A DNA stretch of 64,000 bases. It comes from Ignavibacteriota bacterium (GTDB taxonomy: Bacteria; Bacteroidota; Ignavibacteria; UBA10030; UBA6906). Shown here piece after piece: positions 58,621-64,000 of the stretch (its first letter is position 1; the number at the start of each line of letters is the position of its first letter). Location: contig CAWESL010000007.1 in NCBI GenBank assembly GCA_963811705.1, forward strand, positions 218,100 through 282,099, in the 5' to 3' direction. The notes beneath the pieces are model-generated. The model was not told the DNA's origin. It ran no database searches and saw only the letters and a program-made list of their open reading frames with translations. The position numbers and the translations under genes are program-made.

Positions 58621-60411
58621 CTACTTCATCAGAACCAGCTTTTTCGTGAGAGAATTGGCACCCGCCTGCAGCGTGTAGAAATAGACGCCGCTGGCGAGGC
58701 TCGCGCCATTGAACGTCACCGAATGCTGTCCGGCGCTCTGCGTGCCTTCGAACAACGTCGCCACTTCCTGGCCGAGAATATCGTACACCTTGAGTGAAAC
58801 GGTTCCCGCTTTTCCGAGAGAGTATTCGATATTGGTAACAGGATTGAACGGATTCGGATAATTCTGACTCAGGGCATAGCTGGCCGGGGCAGACGACTGG
58901 TTCGGCACGCCCGTAAGCCCGTGTTCAAGATAGTCCTGAATCTTTGCGTCCTCTGATGCGCGCTGGGCCTTCCACCCCGAGTAGTAGGTGGGAATATTGT
59001 TCCACCATCGAGACAGATCTCCGAGAGGGAATCCGCCCATGGCGGCGGTCTTCAGCGTTGCGTTGGTGTACCGCATCTGTTCATTCGTCGGCCAGACCTG
59101 GTTGACGTCCGAATGGGGGTCAAACGCCCAGGTCGTATCCGAGTTGTCCGTCCATTTCCGCAGGAGGAAGCTCTTGATGCCATCCTGGTTTGTCGGCGGA
59201 ATGAGGAACCCCGGGTTCGTCGAGTCATAGATATTTCCCATCGAGATGTAGGGCCAGGTGTTCTTGTCCTGGAAGAACACCATCGTCTTCGCACTCATGA
59301 TGGGCTGAGGTCGCGGTACGCTGTCGGGATACGCAGAAAAAACCCGATTGCTGTAGGGGTTGCCTCCTGTGGGGTTGGTCGTTGCGTCGTAGGGCGCCAT
59401 ATAGTTGATCAGCCACTGATCGTACGAGTAGCTGTTGTTGGAAAAGAGTATGTGTCTATCGGCCTCGGTAAAGGGGACGGAAAAACTAAAGTTTGCCGAC
59501 CCGATGGTGTCGATATTCACTGCTCCGCCGACAGGAGTTGTACCGTCGGTCGCCGGAATATACCCGAACATGAAGGGGTTCACAAAAACCGAATTGGTCA
59601 CGGAAAGCCAGTGCCACCAACCGGATTCCAGAGCGTACATGACGACGTTCAGGAAGGTGCAATGGTTGAACTTCACGTAGTCGGCGTACTCGGCGCCTTC
59701 CTGCATATACACATATCCCATATTCGCGAACGTCGTATTGACGAAGGAGAGACTGTCAATATGCCACCCCGAAGTGTTGAACGTAAAAGACACGGCTCTT
59801 CCATAATACCGGAAGTGCGTGTCTGTGCAGTTACGGAAGTAGCAATTCTCAAACGACAGCCGGGCATGGCTTGCCGAGACGGTCACCGCTCCACCCCCGC
59901 CCCCTATCGGCGCATAATCGAAGATTACATTCTGGAACACGCCGTTGTTCACATTATCGGTCGTGTCCTGGTCGATGTTCAATGCTGTGCCGACCTGTGT
60001 CCCAACGCCATCCGTATTGGTGGTGGCATACAGAAGCCAGATGTTCTTCATGTAGATATCACCATAACAATCGAAGTTCCACGTCGTGGTGACCCCACTT
60101 GCCGGAGTCCAGCAGATCATCGGCGGTGCAGTTTCCTGCGTTGTTCCCGGGTCCGGAGCGACGATCGTCAGCTTCGATCCGGCGGGGACGGTGATCGTGG
60201 CGCTCAGGACATAAATACCCCACGGCTTCAACCGAAAGACCGTGTTGGAGAGAGTTCCGGCCGTGATCTTGGCAGAAACTGCTGCGTTGAGGCTCCCTTC
60301 ACCGCCGGTCGGGTCAAGAAAATCCGGGACATCCACCGTATCGGTCTGTGCAAAAAGTAGAGCGGGCCAAAGGACCGCGAACAAAGCAAAAGCGTATGCA
60401 CATTTCTTCAT
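58621..60411 (-). CDS. secreted parallel beta-helix-like protein with T9SS CTD
   Basis: Signal peptide, repeated N/C-x-x-F beta-helix-like segments, CTD YALSQNYPNPFNPVTNIEY...VYFYTLQAGANSLTKKLVLMK. Confidence 0.5.
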   Translation of the reverse strand: MKKCAYAFALFAVLWPALLFAQTDTVDVPDFLDPTGGEGSLNAAVSAKITAGTLSNTVFRLKPWGIYVLSATITVPAGSKLTIVAPDPGTTQETAPPMICWTPASGVTTTWNFDCYGDIYMKNIWLLYATTNTDGVGTQVGTALNIDQDTTDNVNNGVFQNVIFDYAPIGGGGGAVTVSASHARLSFENCYFRNCTDTHFRYYGRAVSFTFNTSGWHIDSLSFVNTTFANMGYVYMQEGAEYADYVKFNHCTFLNVVMYALESGWWHWLSVTNSVFVNPFMFGYIPATDGTTPVGGAVNIDTIGSANFSFSVPFTEADRHILFSNNSYSYDQWLINYMAPYDATTNPTGGNPYSNRVFSAYPDSVPRPQPIMSAKTMVFFQDKNTWPYISMGNIYDSTNPGFLIPPTNQDGIKSFLLRKWTDNSDTTWAFDPHSDVNQVWPTNEQMRYTNATLKTAAMGGFPLGDLSRWWNNIPTYYSGWKAQRASEDAKIQDYLEHGLTGVPNQSSAPASYALSQNYPNPFNPVTNIEYSLGKAGTVSLKVYDILGQEVATLFEGTQSAGQHSVTFNGASLASGVYFYTLQAGANSLTKKLVLMK

Positions 60412-60461
60412 ATGACACCTCCTGGTGTTCTGATGATTTGATATGCGAAGAGGACTATTGT

Positions 60462-63400
60462 CTACATGGTATACCTCACCCCGAAATTCGCTGTGAGGCC
60501 ATAATATTGCTGGGATGTGAAACCACCGATCGAAGCCTGCGCCGCGTCATTTCTTCGATTGTTGAGATTGCTGATATCCAGGAACAGCTGGAGGCCGGTC
60601 CAGGGAAGCCTCTGCCGCACTGACGCATCGATGCGGAAATAGTCTTTGGTAAAGCCGTCTTGCTCTGCAAAGGCTCCGATTGTGCTCACGGAATTCCCCT
60701 GGAACAGGAAGGAGAGTCGACCTGAAAACCCCTCGTAGTCGTAGCCGATGTATGCGTTCAGAACATCGTCAGGCTGGTTGAGTAATCGTCCGGAACGCGT
60801 GCTGTCAACCGTGACGACTTTCAGCGTGCGGGGAGGGATGATAATGGTTTTGTCATTCCTCCAGGGATAAGTCGCACTCGACGAGATATGAGTGTAATTG
60901 ATTCCGAACACGATTCCGTCCAACGGTGCGGGCAAATACCAGAACCTCGTTTGGAGGTCAATCTCAAATCCTCGTATGTACGCTTTGTAGGGACTGTTCA
61001 TGTACGTGTAGAGTTGCGCACCATCCTTGGGATGGACTATTCCGCTGCCAGTGCTTACCGCGAATGAATTGATGGAATCAAGTCCTGGCGGAGCAGTAGG
61101 GTGTAACGCATACTGGGTGTAGAACGCAAAATTCCTGACTTCCTTATAGAAACCCCCGATCGACAGGAGTCCCAGCTCATTACTGTGGAAAGTAAGGAAG
61201 ATATCGTGATTGATTGCCTCAGCCGGCACCAACTTCGGGTTCCCCGCCCAGACATTGAACTGGGTATAATCCATATTGAAGTGCGGTGAAAGCTGCGAAT
61301 AATCAGGTCGTGCAAGGGTCTTCGTGTAGGAGTAACGCAGATCGGCCCAATCCACCATGCTCCATCTTGCCTGGACCATGGGGAGCAAATAGCGATTGCC
61401 GGGATGAGCAAAAACCGTATCAACGGTCTGATGCGTTGCATCACGCCCATCAGCCAGGTTGAAGGCATCAAAGTATCCCTTGACTTCCTCCCACCGGACG
61501 CCTCCCACGACCATTACATTTTCCAAGAAGTGGAGCTCGGACATCAAATACCCGGCATAGTACCTCTCGATATATTTGTACTGGTTCGGCAAGCGCTGGT
61601 ACGGCGAGTCAAACCACCCGCCGGCGTTGGTCCCGGTGCTGTTAATTGCGCTTACCGACGGGTCGGTCCGCAAGAGATCCACGATTCCGTTCAAATTGGT
61701 CGGATCACTGGCCCAAAGAACACTTCCGAATCCGTTGTTGAGGAAGGAGCTTGTAAGTTTCGAATCTGTTGAGGTAAAATCCTCCCCTGTAAAATTCGCT
61801 CCGGTTTGATTATCAACGACGAACCATGGGTAATGCTGCAATATCAACGCCTGCATTTGATTCGTGATCGGAGAGCCTGCGCGAAGGCCCGCATAGGGAG
61901 TACCCTGAGTATTCGTGTGGTAATTGTAGCGAAACTCGCCGCCGAACTTGAGGAACCCCGAGGTGAGGTTTTCCAGGTTGAAGGGGACTTTGAAGTCGCC
62001 TTTGTAGACCTGGTCGTTTTCCTTATAGTCGGCGCTGAACAAGCTGACATTCGTGAGATATGTCCACGACGGATCCTTGTACTTGACGGAAGGAATGAGA
62101 GCCTCTGGCACCGTGTTCACCTCTGTCTGCCCTGGGATTCCCCCGGTTTGGGTGAAATCAAACTGCGGGGATGCGGGAGCAAAATTCCGGGAATACGTAT
62201 TGGCGGCTTCAAGCTCTATAGAAAGAAATCCCAGATCGTTCTCATAGCTAAGGGAGTTGAGTGCCGCGTCTGTCTTGGTGTTCCCCCCCCGGTACCTGAA
62301 GTTGATATTGTGAAATTGATAATCGTAGATGGTCCGGTAATCCTGCGCGTCGGAACTCAACCGGCTGAGAACATTGACCGATTTGAGGGAACCCGAACCC
62401 AGTTTGTAGTCAAGAATCAGATTCCCTCCATATCGGCTCCTGGTTTCCAGATGGCGATCGAGCGTCACATTCGTCACAATGACGGGTCTGAATCCGTCCG
62501 GTTGAGGAATACTCCCCTGGGGTGAATAGGAGGCATTCATGTTGTCCGCATCCCGGTCATATTTCTCAGCGTTACCCAGGACGTAGACGCCCAGGGCACC
62601 GTCAAGGAACCGATCGCTGGCGGAAGCAATGAACCTGTAGTTTCCATATTTGCCGCTCTTCTGTGTGTAGCCGGACTGCCCCAAAATGTCAGAATGGAAA
62701 CCCTCGGGGGCCTCTCTGAGTTGCATATTCACATACCCGCCAATCGCGTTTGCATCCATGTCCGGCGTGAGCGACTTATAGACCTCCACTGTTTTGATCA
62801 TGTACGGGGTGATCATCGAAAGGTCGACGCTTCGGTCGGTATTGATAGACCCAGAGGTGCCGCCCTGGGAGGCGGCCCCGATCTGCGTGCTCCCCGTTGA
62901 TGCGAGCGTGATCCCGCCTACGGCAACCGCGTTAAATTGAGGAGCCAATCCTCTGATGACGACCTTGTTCGCTTCTCCGGAACTCTGAAGCGTTGATACC
63001 CCCGGCAATCGGCCGATCGCCGCTGCCGCATTGAAGTCCGGCAGTTCCTGAATCCTCGCCTCCGAAACGATGCTCGCGATTTTATCCGAAGAAAGCTGCT
63101 GGTTGATCGCCTGCATCTGCCCTTTCGCCTGCCCGGTCACCACGATCGTCTGGCCTTCGATGACCTGCGCGACAAGCGATCCGTCGGCGATCACATCCTG
63201 GTTATCCTTGACCGTGACCTGTTTCTTGATCGTGACATACCCGACGAACGAAATCTGCAGTGACTGCGCTCCGACCGGGACGTTGTAGATGATATAATTG
63301 CCGTTGAGATCGGTCGCAGCACCCAGGCCGGTTCCCACCACGATCACATTCGCCCCCGGCAACGCGTCCTTGCTGTCCCGATCCGTGATTTTTCCCTTGA

Positions 63401-63524
63401 GGGTTCCTGTCCCGGCCGCAAGCAGCGTCTGCGCGGCGAACAGGACGAGGACCGCCATCCGAGCTCCCACCCTGATCCCCTGCCTCCCGAATGTACTGTT
63501 CAGGAATCGTAACGAGTTGCCCAT
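60462..63524 (-). CDS. TonB-dependent outer-membrane receptor with N-terminal carboxypeptidase-regulatory-like domain
   Basis: CarbopepD_reg-like GKITDRDSKDALPGANVIVVGT...DLNGNYII, a plug region, a long beta-barrel and a terminal aromatic-containing strand GVRYTM. Start chosen at the internal Met with signal peptide. Confidence 0.7.
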   Translation of the reverse strand: MGNSLRFLNSTFGRQGIRVGARMAVLVLFAAQTLLAAGTGTLKGKITDRDSKDALPGANVIVVGTGLGAATDLNGNYIIYNVPVGAQSLQISFVGYVTIKKQVTVKDNQDVIADGSLVAQVIEGQTIVVTGQAKGQMQAINQQLSSDKIASIVSEARIQELPDFNAAAAIGRLPGVSTLQSSGEANKVVIRGLAPQFNAVAVGGITLASTGSTQIGAASQGGTSGSINTDRSVDLSMITPYMIKTVEVYKSLTPDMDANAIGGYVNMQLREAPEGFHSDILGQSGYTQKSGKYGNYRFIASASDRFLDGALGVYVLGNAEKYDRDADNMNASYSPQGSIPQPDGFRPVIVTNVTLDRHLETRSRYGGNLILDYKLGSGSLKSVNVLSRLSSDAQDYRTIYDYQFHNINFRYRGGNTKTDAALNSLSYENDLGFLSIELEAANTYSRNFAPASPQFDFTQTGGIPGQTEVNTVPEALIPSVKYKDPSWTYLTNVSLFSADYKENDQVYKGDFKVPFNLENLTSGFLKFGGEFRYNYHTNTQGTPYAGLRAGSPITNQMQALILQHYPWFVVDNQTGANFTGEDFTSTDSKLTSSFLNNGFGSVLWASDPTNLNGIVDLLRTDPSVSAINSTGTNAGGWFDSPYQRLPNQYKYIERYYAGYLMSELHFLENVMVVGGVRWEEVKGYFDAFNLADGRDATHQTVDTVFAHPGNRYLLPMVQARWSMVDWADLRYSYTKTLARPDYSQLSPHFNMDYTQFNVWAGNPKLVPAEAINHDIFLTFHSNELGLLSIGGFYKEVRNFAFYTQYALHPTAPPGLDSINSFAVSTGSGIVHPKDGAQLYTYMNSPYKAYIRGFEIDLQTRFWYLPAPLDGIVFGINYTHISSSATYPWRNDKTIIIPPRTLKVVTVDSTRSGRLLNQPDDVLNAYIGYDYEGFSGRLSFLFQGNSVSTIGAFAEQDGFTKDYFRIDASVRQRLPWTGLQLFLDISNLNNRRNDAAQASIGGFTSQQYYGLTANFGVRYTM

Positions 63525-63638
63525 AGGAGTATCTCCTTGATTGATCATGCGGTCAGACTCCGTGATCCGATGGCGTCCGGTCGTCCGTGCTATCCGGATT
63601 GTCCTTCGACCTGAGACCACGGGCGACCTCAGAGTGCG

Positions 63639-64000
63639 TTAAGCGAAACTCTTCCGGCGTTCTGCCAGTTCATCCTGGATCTGCAGATTCATTTTCTTGT
63701 CGATGCTGTAAAACGTCAATGCGATAACGCCGATAAAGAACGTTATCGCCGGATAAATACTCGCCGTCATGCGGATGCCGAAGAGCGCCTGCTCTGACTG
63801 GGCCGCGTTGGGAACATAACTGTACGCAGAGAGCAGCCAACCGCCGATCGCTCCTCCGAGTCCCAGGCCCGCCTTGAGCGCGAAGACGATCCCCGCAAAC
63901 ACCACTCCCGTGGCCCGCCGCCGCGTTTGCCATTCGGCGAAATCCGCAACATCGGCCATCATGGCCCAGAGCAGGGGGATCGTCGGCCCGTACGCAAGGG
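63639..64000 (-). CDS. GPH-family (MelB/XylP-like) glycoside:cation symporter, C-terminal part (gene continues beyond the window)
   Basis: C-terminal TM helices and a cytoplasmic tail typical of sugar-cation symporters. The ORF is open at the window edge. Confidence 0.5.
   Translation of the reverse strand, partial: LAYGPTIPLLWAMMADVADFAEWQTRRRATGVVFAGIVFALKAGLGLGGAIGGWLLSAYSYVPNAAQSEQALFGIRMTASIYPAITFFIGVIALTFYSIDKKMNLQIQDELAERRKSFA

Noticed and set aside
59113-60360. 415-aa plus-strand ORF
   Set aside because: Antisense to the beta-helix T9SS protein. Spurious.
1-64000. CRISPR arrays, transposases, integrases, restriction-modification or other defence systems
   Set aside because: No regularly spaced short repeats and no ORFs with recognisable motifs of these families were seen. 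The only repeats are the ~75-bp element near 1-1.7 kb and the CTD-coding paralogues.

Overview
GC-rich bacterial chromosome segment, probably from an FCB-group organism (Bacteroidota/Ignavibacteriota-like). The evidence is at least seven proteins carrying a T9SS Por-secretion C-terminal sorting domain (CTD). Gene density is high, mostly on the minus strand. No tRNA, rRNA, CRISPR array, transposase or integrase was recognised. Approximate layout: (1) 0.2-8 kb: GNAT acetyltransferase, a truncated FtsX-type permease remnant flanked by an unusual ~75-bp repeat family, an ICMT-family methyltransferase, a soluble multi-PAS/GAF HisKA_2 sensor kinase, and a DUF5916/CBM9-like outer-membrane protein. 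(2) 8-10.5 kb: a small hypothetical protein, a Cys-rich MerR regulator and a FadL/TodX-type outer-membrane channel. (3) 10.6-20.1 kb: one co-directional, tightly spaced operon with gene order tusA - dsrE-like - dsrE-like - gcvH-like lipoyl carrier - hynS - isp1 - isp2 - small ORF - hynL - hydrogenase protease - hypC - lplA. hynS, isp1, isp2 and hynL form an Isp-type (group 1e-like) membrane-bound [NiFe] uptake hydrogenase. This arrangement is the most interesting thing in the window. Caveat: hynL carries about 7-8 single-base frameshifts and isp2 one. (4) 20.3-25.8 kb: a SAM methyltransferase and a four-gene hydroxyproline catabolic cluster. (5) 25.8-34.4 kb: a decayed BNR-repeat T9SS gene, a lipoprotein, a Zn-ADH, a LamG T9SS protein, a URO-D-like and B12-activation-domain pair, and an SDR. 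(6) 34.8-64 kb: xylB-xylA followed by a ~26-kb co-directional xylan-degradation cluster, all on the minus strand: GH10, beta-helix protein, GH43, CE15, GH115, GH8, GH10, GH30, GH35-like, FG-GAP/ASPIC protein, beta-helix protein, TonB-dependent receptor and a GPH symporter. Many of the enzymes carry T9SS CTDs. One protein has a CTD-like domain placed internally, and a decayed CTD-coding remnant sits next to an intact one.
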